Of a stretch of 64,000 nucleotides of DNA, positions 39,085 to 47,813 are shown piece after piece. The position numbers were made by a program, and so were the translations under genes. Location: IMG/VR virus record IMGVR_UViG_3300030102_006960, positions 64,001 to 128,000 of that record, one strand, 5' to 3'. Origin of the DNA: a virus. The notes below the pieces were generated by a model. It made no database searches and was not told where the DNA came from. It saw only the letters and a list, made by a program, of their open reading frames with translations. Within the stretch, counting starts at the first letter, position 1. The number at the start of each line of letters is the position of its first letter.

Positions 39085-39109
39085 AACCCATCTTCGGATG
39101 GGTTTTTTT
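39085..39109 (+). terminator. Intrinsic terminator with cUUCGg tetraloop
   Basis: AACCCATC-TTCG-GATGGGTT plus T run. Confidence 0.9.
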
Positions 39110-39142
39110 ATGCTTACACTATATTTATTAATAAACATAATT

Positions 39143-39574
39143 ATGAAATTTTTAAGAAGATGTTGTGACTCAAAAAGAGAATGTTTAACATATGTTATAA
39201 TATTACTTTGGGTTGGTATTGGTGTATTAGGTACATATTTTGATACTAATTTTAATGAATTAGCTGCTTACTTCATATCATTAACAGGATTTGCAGGAGC
39301 GTATATGTATGGTGAAACCAAAAGAAGTAGCGATGATACCTCTATATTTAAATCGGGTAAATCTAGTAAAAGAGAAATAATAATATATGTAACTGTTGGT
39401 TTATGGTTATTAATTGGTGTATTTACAATTATTAATCATGCAGACTTAATGGGTATGAGTGCATATTTTGCAGCACTTACACCATTTGTTGGTTCGTATA
39501 TAATAGGTGAGACACTTAAAAAAGAAACTGAAGACGAAGACTATGAGGATCAAATTACGGGAGAGCCAATATAG
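39143..39574 (+). CDS. Four-TM membrane protein built from two internal repeats
   Basis: SKRE..Y....LW..IGV...AYF..LT.F.G.Y..GET occurs twice; start after ATATTTAT 39121. Confidence 0.7.
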   Translation: MKFLRRCCDSKRECLTYVIILLWVGIGVLGTYFDTNFNELAAYFISLTGFAGAYMYGETKRSSDDTSIFKSGKSSKREIIIYVTVGLWLLIGVFTIINHADLMGMSAYFAALTPFVGSYIIGETLKKETEDEDYEDQITGEPI

Positions 39575-40157
39575 TAGATTATTAAAAGAAAATGATAAAG
39601 ATTTTCTTGATGGTAGTGTTAACTTTAAAGAGATAGGTAATAAGGTTGATAAGTTTATTATAAAATGTTACAATTTTATGAGGAAACACTACCCTAGTTT
39701 TAATAACTTAAGAAATATACCTACGGTCTCACAAAAGGTGGCACAAGATTTAGCAATACCAAACGCAGTATCTTTAGTTATCTGTTATAACTATCTTTTA
39801 CTATGGGATAAACTCAACCCTAAAAATTATGAGGGAGATTTTAGTGAAATGTTGGGTGAGCCATTAGAGTTTTATGGAGAGTTTGAAGTTGTAGAAGAAA
39901 TTCCTATGAGAGGATATTTAAATGGATACCAAACAGGTAAGTATATAGGATATGCACGTAATGAAGAAGAGTTTTTAGATCAATTAGAAGACGGTGAATA
40001 CTATAATTATGATGTAGATCATAACGATTATATAGACTATCATTCGGCGGATATTGACTGGGAGGTAGATGAGGGATATGTCGATGATCACGTTGCTCAA
40101 AGAGTAGGCGATTTAAGAGATGATTTAATAGATAATGTAGAATTAGTAAATAAATAG
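39543..40157 (+). CDS. Acidic protein, paralogue family, MRIKLRESQYSRLLKE leader
   Basis: Start at ATG 39543; clearly paralogous to the next gene (QYSRLL.EN; LG.P.EF.G). Confidence 0.75.
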   Translation: MRIKLRESQYSRLLKENDKDFLDGSVNFKEIGNKVDKFIIKCYNFMRKHYPSFNNLRNIPTVSQKVAQDLAIPNAVSLVICYNYLLLWDKLNPKNYEGDFSEMLGEPLEFYGEFEVVEEIPMRGYLNGYQTGKYIGYARNEEEFLDQLEDGEYYNYDVDHNDYIDYHSADIDWEVDEGYVDDHVAQRVGDLRDDLIDNVELVNK

Positions 40158-40158
40158 A

Positions 40159-40845
40159 ATGAAAGTAAAATTAACAGAGGAACAATATAGTAGATTACTA
40201 ACTGAGAATACCGGTGATGAATGGGGTAGAGTTAGTAAAACTGTTGATGCTTTCACAATAAAGGTATTCAAACAAATTAGAGACAAAATTCAAAACGGTG
40301 GATTGAAAATGAATTCGGATATTGTAGACTACATAGTGAATAGTTTGGTATTTACACAAGAAGAAGCAATTATTTTAGCTCATAACTTTAAAGTTATGGT
40401 AGATTTTCATTCACAAGATGATTTAAATGAGTTATTGGGTAAACCTATGGAGTTTATGGGTATATGGCAAATACCTACTCACATACCTACAGTTGTTGAA
40501 TTGACAGGTAGAGGATATCCTTCAGGTAGAGTTTACGCAATGGGTAAGACACCAGAAGAAGCATTAAGAACAATTAGAGATGGTGCAGAAGACGATTTTG
40601 AAGTGGGTGATATGAATGAATTGGATTTGGATGCGGTACTGGATGAATTTGATATTGATATTGTAGATGATATATCCCCACAAAAAGGGATGGTACAAAA
40701 TGATTTCTATGAAGATGAGGATGGTCGTGGTAATAAATTTGAGGTTTTACCATATATAAAAGATGATGTTAGTATGGGCGTACAATCACTCCAACACGAC
40801 TTATCGAGAAAAAAAATAAATAATTTATTAAGAAATATAGGATAA
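40159..40845 (+). CDS. Acidic protein, paralogue family, MKVKLTEEQYSRLLTE leader
   Basis: Tandem paralogue of 39543. Confidence 0.75.
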   Translation: MKVKLTEEQYSRLLTENTGDEWGRVSKTVDAFTIKVFKQIRDKIQNGGLKMNSDIVDYIVNSLVFTQEEAIILAHNFKVMVDFHSQDDLNELLGKPMEFMGIWQIPTHIPTVVELTGRGYPSGRVYAMGKTPEEALRTIRDGAEDDFEVGDMNELDLDAVLDEFDIDIVDDISPQKGMVQNDFYEDEDGRGNKFEVLPYIKDDVSMGVQSLQHDLSRKKINNLLRNIG

Positions 40846-40866
40846 AATAAAATAAAAAAAATAAAA

Positions 40867-41394
40867 ATGGGACGATTAGCAAAATTAAAAAGAGAAATAA
40901 TATTAGAATCTAATAAAAGATTATTAGGGGAAACTAAAAGTTATTTAACTGAAGAAGAAAAGGAAAAGATGAAATTACCTTTCATTAAATTAGTAACTAA
41001 ATATAAAGATGGATTAAAAGGTTTTATAGAGAAACTAAACACAGTAGTTTCAGACGAAAAACAATTTTGTGCGAATCCTAAAGAGGCAGCTAAACAAGCT
41101 GCAGAATCTTTAGATGATTTTATCACTAGAATGTCTTTAGATATGAAAGTTAAACCAGAACAAGTTTTAGAAGCATTATATGATAAAGCGAATGGTGGAT
41201 TACTTCAGACAGTTCTTTCGGTTGCAAAACCATTAGTTAGTAAATTTGGTGGTGGATTACTTTCTAAAGAAATCTTAGATGAAATAGAACAACATATGAG
41301 AACAAAATATGGTGCAGTTGGTAGAGGTATAAACTCAATGATGACTGAAATTATGTCAAAATTAGGTGTTACAGTGGATGATATATGTAAATAA
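40867..41394 (+). CDS. Hypothetical helical protein
   Basis: Leader with ILE/LGE/LTE sites. Confidence 0.7.
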   Translation: MGRLAKLKREIILESNKRLLGETKSYLTEEEKEKMKLPFIKLVTKYKDGLKGFIEKLNTVVSDEKQFCANPKEAAKQAAESLDDFITRMSLDMKVKPEQVLEALYDKANGGLLQTVLSVAKPLVSKFGGGLLSKEILDEIEQHMRTKYGAVGRGINSMMTEIMSKLGVTVDDICK

Positions 41395-41401
41395 ATAGGT
41401 A

Positions 41402-41881
41402 ATGAAGATTAAACTTACAGAATCACAATATAAGAAAATTGTTCTAAGAGAGTTTGGGGAGACAGTTACTGACCCTAAACAATGGTATCTTAATATATTA
41501 TCTTGGGTAGACTCACCCAATGATTTAACATTTCAAAGTAGTGCACATGAAGTAGTTGTTTTTGATCAAGATGGTGTATACTTAGGATATTATGATAAAG
41601 AACAAGGTTTTGGATTTGTGGTTAATGAGTATAATATAGATACTATAGATGATGATGAAGAATTAATTGACGAACAAGAAGAAGGTGGTACTTCTGATTC
41701 CGGTGGTTCAAGTGGTGGTGGATCAGGTTCAGTTTGGAGTGTTTCACCCAATAGAGGTCCTGCAAATACATTAGATAATACTCCTTGGAGTGTTAGTCCC
41801 ACAAGAGGTCCTGCAAATACATTAGATAATAGTTCGTGGTCGGTTAGTCCCAATAGAGGACCAGCGAATGAATTAAACTAA
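41402..41881 (+). CDS. Protein with MKIKLTESQYKKIVLRE leader and three C-terminal 17-aa repeats
   Basis: WSVSP(N/T)RGPAN(T/E)L x3 after a G/S linker. Confidence 0.8.
   Translation: MKIKLTESQYKKIVLREFGETVTDPKQWYLNILSWVDSPNDLTFQSSAHEVVVFDQDGVYLGYYDKEQGFGFVVNEYNIDTIDDDEELIDEQEEGGTSDSGGSSGGGSGSVWSVSPNRGPANTLDNTPWSVSPTRGPANTLDNSSWSVSPNRGPANELN
41735..41878 (+). repeat. Coding tandem repeat, 51-nt unit x ~3
   Basis: TGG codons at 41735, 41786 and 41837; differences mostly synonymous. Confidence 0.9.
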
Positions 41882-41968
41882 TTACTTAGATTTTGGTTTT
41901 GGTGTTGTTGTATTAGCTGGCTTTGGTTTAGCTGGTGCTGGTTTTCTTTTTTTACATCCACATCCCAT
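41882..41968 (-). CDS. 28-aa basic micropeptide MGCGCKKRKPAPAKPKPANTTTPKPKSK (not in ORF track)
   Basis: ATG at 41968, TAA at 41882-84, A-rich leader, GTATTTAT upstream on - strand; fills an otherwise empty gap. Confidence 0.6.
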   Translation of the reverse strand: MGCGCKKRKPAPAKPKPANTTTPKPKSK

Positions 41969-42043
41969 AATATTTGTTTTTTTTAAATTTTTTTATTAAC
42001 TTTAATAATAAATACACCCAAAACCATTAATTGTAAATAAAAT

Positions 42044-42100
42044 TTGTCATAAATTTGTTACATAATAATTTGGTTTTTTAATATATTATACCTATATTTG
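42044..42100 (+). promoter_or_regulatory. Pho-box-like direct repeat upstream of a Bacteroidota-type promoter
   Basis: TTGTCAT-AAAT-TTGTTAC (11-nt period), then TTTG 42069-72, 20-nt spacer, TATATTTG 42093-42100. Confidence 0.55.
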
Positions 42101-42115
42101 TATAAATTAATTGTT

Positions 42116-43090
42116 ATGGATAAGAAATTTTTAAAAGACGTACTATCAATACCATCAATATCGGGTAATGAAAGTATGTTGAGAGATTATATCGTAGAAT
42201 TTGCAATAGATAACGACATTGATTATGTATTAGATAAGAAGGGTAATGTATATCTAACTAAAGGTAAGGATAGAGTAACTTTAGGTGAATACTATCCTTG
42301 TGTAGTTTCACACATCGATACTGTACATAGATCACATATAGATTTAATTAACGAGAAAAGAAGGTTAGACATTGTAGAGAATGTTAAAGGTGATTTAATT
42401 GCGTATAATCCATTAACTAATGAACAAACAGGTATCGGTGGAGATGATAAGTGTGGTGTATTTGTTTGTTTATCACTTTTTTTAGAAATGGACATATTAA
42501 AGGGGGCATTTTTCGTTGAAGAAGAAATAGGTATGTTAGGATCTAGAGAAGCTTGTGATGAATTCTTCAAAAATGTGGGGTATGCAATACAATTCGACGC
42601 ACCATCGGCTAATTGGATTACTGAAGTATGTAGTGGTGTTAAAATTTTTGATGATGAATTTAAGGATAATGTAAAAACAGTTTTAAGTGAAGGTGGTTAT
42701 ACAAAATTTAGTAATGATCCTTTTACAGATGTAAATCAGTTAGCTCAAAAATTTGACTTCAACTGTATAAACTTAGGTTGTGGTTATTACCAACAACATA
42801 GAGATACTGAATATGTTGTAATTGAGGAAGTAAAAAAATCTTTACATATGGGAATTAAATTAATACATCATTTAGGTATTAACGATTATAAAAGAAATGA
42901 TGTTCAATATGAAGAAGAAGTAGAAGACATTAAGGAATATGATAATTGGTTTAAATATATTGAAAATGATTATGATATCGTATCAGATAAAATAGTAGAT
43001 TCTGTTATAGATATGTATGAGGATGGTTTTAATCCAGAAGATATTAAAATGTATATATCCGATCTTTTACAAATAGAAAGTTATGAATAA
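42116..43090 (+). CDS. M20/M28-family zinc peptidase-like protein
   Basis: SHIDTV, GGDDKCG, EEEIG, QFD, YYQQH; start at ATG 42116. Confidence 0.8.
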   Translation: MDKKFLKDVLSIPSISGNESMLRDYIVEFAIDNDIDYVLDKKGNVYLTKGKDRVTLGEYYPCVVSHIDTVHRSHIDLINEKRRLDIVENVKGDLIAYNPLTNEQTGIGGDDKCGVFVCLSLFLEMDILKGAFFVEEEIGMLGSREACDEFFKNVGYAIQFDAPSANWITEVCSGVKIFDDEFKDNVKTVLSEGGYTKFSNDPFTDVNQLAQKFDFNCINLGCGYYQQHRDTEYVVIEEVKKSLHMGIKLIHHLGINDYKRNDVQYEEEVEDIKEYDNWFKYIENDYDIVSDKIVDSVIDMYEDGFNPEDIKMYISDLLQIESYE

Positions 43091-43244
43091 ATCAGAAATA
43101 CAAAAAATAATATTATGGTGTATTATTGCCATATCCACCTTTATTGGTGTTTTAACTATATTACCTGTGGTTGGGTATATTTTAATAATTTGTGGGATAG
43201 TTATTCCTAGCTATCTTTTATATGTAAACTATTACGAAGAATGA
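43083..43244 (+). CDS. Small two-TM membrane protein (53 aa, not in ORF track)
   Basis: MNKSEIQKIILWCIIAISTFIGVLTILPVVGYILIICGIVIPSYLLYVNYYEE; overlaps both neighbours by coupled start/stop. Confidence 0.6.
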   Translation: MNKSEIQKIILWCIIAISTFIGVLTILPVVGYILIICGIVIPSYLLYVNYYEE

Positions 43245-45370
43245 AAAACCTATTAGAAGAGAAAGACATTGCATTAAAAATATTAAAAGAACTAAATAAA
43301 TTAGTAACAATTCCTGACAGAGGATTTTTGGCTGGTGGTGCAGTTGCAAATACACTATTGAGAATGAAGAATGGTAAAGGTGTACATGATGATAACCTTT
43401 ACCCCATAAACGATTTAGATATATTTGTAGAGGCGGACCATGAAAATATTCAGGGTAATACACCATTAAGAACAAAAGAATTAGTTATACAAGAAGGTTA
43501 TTATGCCGGTGATATCGGTTATGATGACGCATCTAATTACAGAATATTAGAAGTTTTAAGGGATGGGTTATTAAATACAATAGTCATATCTCAAATAATT
43601 GATTTACAAAATAATAGAGATTATATGTATATCTTAAATGGGTTTGATTTCAATTGTTGTCAGATAGGTATTGATTTATCAACAGGAAATCTTTATTATA
43701 CACCTCAGTTCGCAGAGTTTTTTAGAACAAATCAGTTAGATATTTCCGCTATGTATACTCCGGGTCATACCGCAATCAGACTATTCAAAAAGATAAAAGA
43801 ATTAAATTGTTATTGTGATGTAGATAAGTGCATGGAAATACTTTCACAACCATTAATACATTCTATTAGGTGGAGATTGATGCCAAGACAATGGGGTTTT
43901 TATTTTAGTCATAAATACAAAGATATGTTTATGGAGTATTTTCCTAAAATAAAACCATATTTTAAAATGGTAAAATTTTTTGATGATAAAAAAGAAATGT
44001 GGTTTAAACGACATGAAGAAATTAATGGTACTAAAAAGTCACAAGATAGTAAACATATTTCTAATTGGTTAAATCCTGAAGTTAGTATTCCTGAAGGAGA
44101 CTTAAGTAAATGGTCAGAATATAATGATAGACTTTGGGCACTGCATCCAGTAAAGTATACTGAACCTAACATGAAAATAATGGATAAAGCTTATTTGGGG
44201 TATAGTTCTCCCATTGCATTTATTAATGCGTACCACTATGTAAGTGGTAAGATAAAAAAATCGTTACATAAAAAATGTGATTTAATTATTAATAATTCAA
44301 AGTATCTTCAAAAGATTGTAATGATAGATTTAGAGTTCGCTAATTGTGATTTTAGTGTGACACAAATAAAAGAATTAGATGAGTACTGTAAAAGAGAAAT
44401 AGATTTTATATTTGCAATACAAAAATACGGATTAAATTTACAAGAGTCATTAGTGTTATTCAAAGACATTAAAAAAATACAAAATAAAGAAGGCGAATGG
44501 TTAAGATATATTATTGTAGATTCGTTAAAAAAGAATAATAAAAATATTAAACCTACTTATGAAAGTATTTCAAAAGACATTAAGGTATATAAAGAAATGA
44601 TGTCTAAACCACTAACTCAACCACTTATAGATTCTAATAAGTTATCTTTACCTTCAGGTATTACTATAAAAGAAATACTTAGTGAGACAGAAATGCAATG
44701 GGCAGGGAACAAACTTAAAAATTGTATTAACAATCAGAGTCAGGGTTATAAAGAAAAAATAGAAAGTGGTTTAGTAAGAATATTTATCATTATGACTAAA
44801 GGTAGTACCTCAGCTTTAGAGTTACATTTAGATAATAAAGATTCAATAGATATTAAAGAAAGACAGTTGTTATCATCTTGTAATAGAAAACCTAGTAGGT
44901 TTCACAGAATAATTGCAGATATGTTGATAAATTACATTAGTATAGAATTGTTAGAGAGTAAATATATTAATAGAAAAAAACTACATAGTGATTTACTAAC
45001 TTTACACACCGGTTTATTAGCAACTACATCTGATGATACTACAGATAACAATGAAGAAGTGTTTGGGTTAGATGACTTAGGTGATGTGTTTGGTAATCCT
45101 CCTGTTGATGATGAGGTTGAGGATGAGGGGGAATACAATGATGACTACCAATTTGACTTCGTAGATGATATATTTACTGATAGACCAACAAGACCTGAAG
45201 GTATAGATCCTACAACTAGGGATAGGGAAACAAGACACATTAGAGAATGGGTTAGTAGAACTATAACCCCCCAACCAGTGGACTACACAGTTAATACTAC
45301 TTTTATAAGAAATCCTCGTGTTGAATATCCTTTGGATAACGATATATTTAACGATCTATTTAGTGAATAG
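43241..45370 (+). CDS. Nucleotidyltransferase-like N-terminal domain fused to a PcfJ-like domain
   Basis: FLAGGAV...DLDIF...FDFNCCQIG; C-terminal E...G..LKNCI...Y...LEL...Q....N; acidic tail. Confidence 0.6.
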   Translation: MKNLLEEKDIALKILKELNKLVTIPDRGFLAGGAVANTLLRMKNGKGVHDDNLYPINDLDIFVEADHENIQGNTPLRTKELVIQEGYYAGDIGYDDASNYRILEVLRDGLLNTIVISQIIDLQNNRDYMYILNGFDFNCCQIGIDLSTGNLYYTPQFAEFFRTNQLDISAMYTPGHTAIRLFKKIKELNCYCDVDKCMEILSQPLIHSIRWRLMPRQWGFYFSHKYKDMFMEYFPKIKPYFKMVKFFDDKKEMWFKRHEEINGTKKSQDSKHISNWLNPEVSIPEGDLSKWSEYNDRLWALHPVKYTEPNMKIMDKAYLGYSSPIAFINAYHYVSGKIKKSLHKKCDLIINNSKYLQKIVMIDLEFANCDFSVTQIKELDEYCKREIDFIFAIQKYGLNLQESLVLFKDIKKIQNKEGEWLRYIIVDSLKKNNKNIKPTYESISKDIKVYKEMMSKPLTQPLIDSNKLSLPSGITIKEILSETEMQWAGNKLKNCINNQSQGYKEKIESGLVRIFIIMTKGSTSALELHLDNKDSIDIKERQLLSSCNRKPSRFHRIIADMLINYISIELLESKYINRKKLHSDLLTLHTGLLATTSDDTTDNNEEVFGLDDLGDVFGNPPVDDEVEDEGEYNDDYQFDFVDDIFTDRPTRPEGIDPTTRDRETRHIREWVSRTITPQPVDYTVNTTFIRNPRVEYPLDNDIFNDLFSE

Positions 45371-45460
45371 TAAATTAAATGTTTAACTTTTTTTTCTAAA
45401 GTTTAAACAAATCTAGTAGAACATATTATTATTTTCAGATATTTATAGTAAAAGATAAAT

Positions 45461-45658
45461 ATGCCTATATATAGTGATGAATATGGAAATGAGAGTAGTT
45501 TATTGTTCTTAGGGAAACATACAGTCAAAGAATTTGAAGATAACTTTGATATGTACTACGATAAATATAGAGATATATCTAACAAAAGGGGATTTTTTGG
45601 GGAAATTAAATTTGTAATTTCTTACGGTGTCGTTTGGATATACGTTATAATAGAATAA
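45461..45658 (+). CDS. Small hypothetical protein
   Basis: ATATTTAT at 45439. Confidence 0.55.
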   Translation: MPIYSDEYGNESSLLFLGKHTVKEFEDNFDMYYDKYRDISNKRGFFGEIKFVISYGVVWIYVIIE

Positions 45659-46198
45659 TTACTCTTCTTCAGTAAGTGAACCTAATTGTTTATTAAGTTC
45701 ATATAAACCACTACCACTGTCTCCAATTATTTTAATATCATCAATAATAGACTTAAATTTATTTTCTTCTTCTCTTTGCTCGATAACAAACCATTGCATA
45801 AAGTTTTCAGTTTTAATATCTCCTTTTTCTTTACACTTAGATACTATATCATTAATAGAGCTACTCACTCGCTTCTCATTCATTAAAGAATTTTCAAAAT
45901 GACTTAATATATTAAATTTTTCATCTAAATCTTCTAAGTAATTATAGTTAGGTATTTGTGGTGTAACATCTTCATCTAATAAATACTCAACTAATTTTAA
46001 CATATGTTCTCTTTCTTCATCAGATTGATCTAAAAAGAATTTAGATATACCAGAATACCCGTTAATACTAAATTGTGTGGATAAGTATAAATAATAGAAT
46101 GATGCGTTATTTTCTAACCAGATCTGTTCGTTGATTAAATTTACAATTTCTTTATCTAATACATTAGATATCTTCTTCAGTTCTTTTCTTTTGTACAT
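45659..46198 (-). CDS. ftnA: Non-heme ferritin
   Basis: Ferroxidase ligands: EQIWLE, YL, EEREH, NEKRV, EQREEE. Confidence 0.9.
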   Translation of the reverse strand: MYKRKELKKISNVLDKEIVNLINEQIWLENNASFYYLYLSTQFSINGYSGISKFFLDQSDEEREHMLKLVEYLLDEDVTPQIPNYNYLEDLDEKFNILSHFENSLMNEKRVSSSINDIVSKCKEKGDIKTENFMQWFVIEQREEENKFKSIIDDIKIIGDSGSGLYELNKQLGSLTEEE

Positions 46199-46355
46199 AC
46201 TGTGCTTTACCTATTTCTGCTCTTCTTATTACAGATGGTTTAGTAAACTCTTCTCTTTTTCTACATTCTCTAGCAACTTTAGTTTTAATGAATTTACTTT
46301 TCATTTCTTTAAGTGCTCTCTCTATATTTCCTTTTTTTACGTTTACTTTTAACAT
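46164..46355 (-). CDS. rpsU: Ribosomal protein bS21
   Basis: NIERALK..K.K..KTK...E.R.R.EFTKPSV.RR....KA.Y.Q, Bacteroidota type; ATATTTAT on - strand at 46404-46411. Confidence 0.93.
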   Translation of the reverse strand: MLKVNVKKGNIERALKEMKSKFIKTKVARECRKREEFTKPSVIRRAEIGKAQYVQKKRTEEDI

Positions 46356-46421
46356 CTTTTTTATAATTATATTTCTTTTTTGGTAATAATAAAGTATATT
46401 TGTATAAATATCAATAAAAAT

Positions 46422-46673
46422 ATGAAAATTTTTAATATATTTAAGAAATCTTTAGTAGTTAAAGTAGTAGATAAAGAATTTAATGTAATTAAAGATAATA
46501 TTAAAATAAAAAAAATTCCTGTTGTTGGAGAAAAGATTTATTTTGATGAAAATATCATATATATAGTTTCCGATATTATACATTATGTTGGTAATCACCA
46601 AGCTATATGGTTAGTAGTAAATGAACAATCTGAAGAAAATTCAATAAAAGCGACATTAAACGTATCTTTATAG
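46422..46673 (+). CDS. Hypothetical protein
   Basis: ATG 46422 after TATATTTG (46395); IP.VGE.I...Y.V..I.H pattern. Confidence 0.6.
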   Translation: MKIFNIFKKSLVVKVVDKEFNVIKDNIKIKKIPVVGEKIYFDENIIYIVSDIIHYVGNHQAIWLVVNEQSEENSIKATLNVSL

Positions 46674-46705
46674 TAAATTTTTATATATTTATATAAAAAA
46701 ATATT

Positions 46706-47812
46706 TTGTATAAATTAAGAGACTATATAATTGAATCTGAAAATACTGAATTAAGTAAGGTAGACAAAAAAATGTTAACCCTTATTCATAATAAGGTATG
46801 GGAAGAACATGCTGATAATCCTAAATTAAATTATGATATAATAGAAGAATTAAGAAATTTAGATGAAAATTTTTTATACCGTATATATGATTTTTTAAAA
46901 AATATAATGGGGTTTGATGATCCAAAGCAAATAGAGTATTATATAAAATTATTTATAAATAACTTTCAAGAAGACGGAGATTATAATAAACTAACAACAC
47001 AAGGAGAAAATATAATACCCGGCCCTAATTACCACCATCAGGCAGTTGCAAATAATTTAAATCTACCACCTATACTGGTTATAGATATGAAAGAAACTTG
47101 GGATAGAGACATGTCAGTTTTTTATGATATAGTAAATGATGATCATTATGAAGTGGGTACTGAAGATGAAACATTGGGTGCAATAAATGATGCGTTACAA
47201 GATAGATACTATAATTTTAGTGAGGCAGCCCAATTCGAAGGTACTGTGCACGGATTAATAAGTTATTTATATATTGATGATGCAGATAAAAGAATTATTG
47301 CTAGTGAATATGCAGAAGATATAGAATCTAATACTCGTATTAATGATATAATTCGTATGATAAAGGATTATGATAATAGTGATGAAGTTATAAAATTAAT
47401 TAAAAGATATTATCAGTTAGTACAGAATGAAGATGATCCAATGAATAGTGGTATCCCTAAAAAAGTAGAAATGGATCAAATAGAGGATTCTCTAAGGGAA
47501 CGTTTAAGAGAATTAATATATAATCATGAATACAATAAAATGGCTAACTACATTGGTGATTGGTTAATTGATCATGGTTATATAAGACAAAATCAAAAGT
47601 GGGGTGATTATGAATTCACTGAACCCTATTTAAATAAGTGGAAGGAAGTAGATACCAGTAAACTACCAAAGTGGTTAAATTTCGATAGAGAAGAGTTTAT
47701 TGAAGATCAGACTAATATTGATAGGGCAGGTGAATTAAGTAATATAGACGACTATTATGATACGGAAACGATAGATGGTGATACTTATTATATAATACAG
47801 ATAGATTATTAA
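46706..47812 (+). CDS. Acidic protein, paralogue family (subgroup with shared C-terminal domain)
   Basis: TTG start after ATATTTAT 46685; ELSKVDKKML; C-terminal FDREEF...DGDTYYII. Confidence 0.75.
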   Translation: MYKLRDYIIESENTELSKVDKKMLTLIHNKVWEEHADNPKLNYDIIEELRNLDENFLYRIYDFLKNIMGFDDPKQIEYYIKLFINNFQEDGDYNKLTTQGENIIPGPNYHHQAVANNLNLPPILVIDMKETWDRDMSVFYDIVNDDHYEVGTEDETLGAINDALQDRYYNFSEAAQFEGTVHGLISYLYIDDADKRIIASEYAEDIESNTRINDIIRMIKDYDNSDEVIKLIKRYYQLVQNEDDPMNSGIPKKVEMDQIEDSLRERLRELIYNHEYNKMANYIGDWLIDHGYIRQNQKWGDYEFTEPYLNKWKEVDTSKLPKWLNFDREEFIEDQTNIDRAGELSNIDDYYDTETIDGDTYYIIQIDY

Positions 47813-47813
47813 A

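Noticed and set aside
41735-41878. CRISPR-like array
   Set aside because: Units are in-frame coding repeats with synonymous variation and no unique spacers; no cas operon (the 1159 nuclease lacks the Cas4 Fe-S cysteine layout).
9930-46421. Longest-ORF starts at 9930, 10985, 13119, 13786, 23686, 34215, 39098, 39507, 42098 and 46380
   Set aside because: These extensions run through promoters, terminators or upstream genes; downstream ATGs fit the promoter spacing and leader motifs better.
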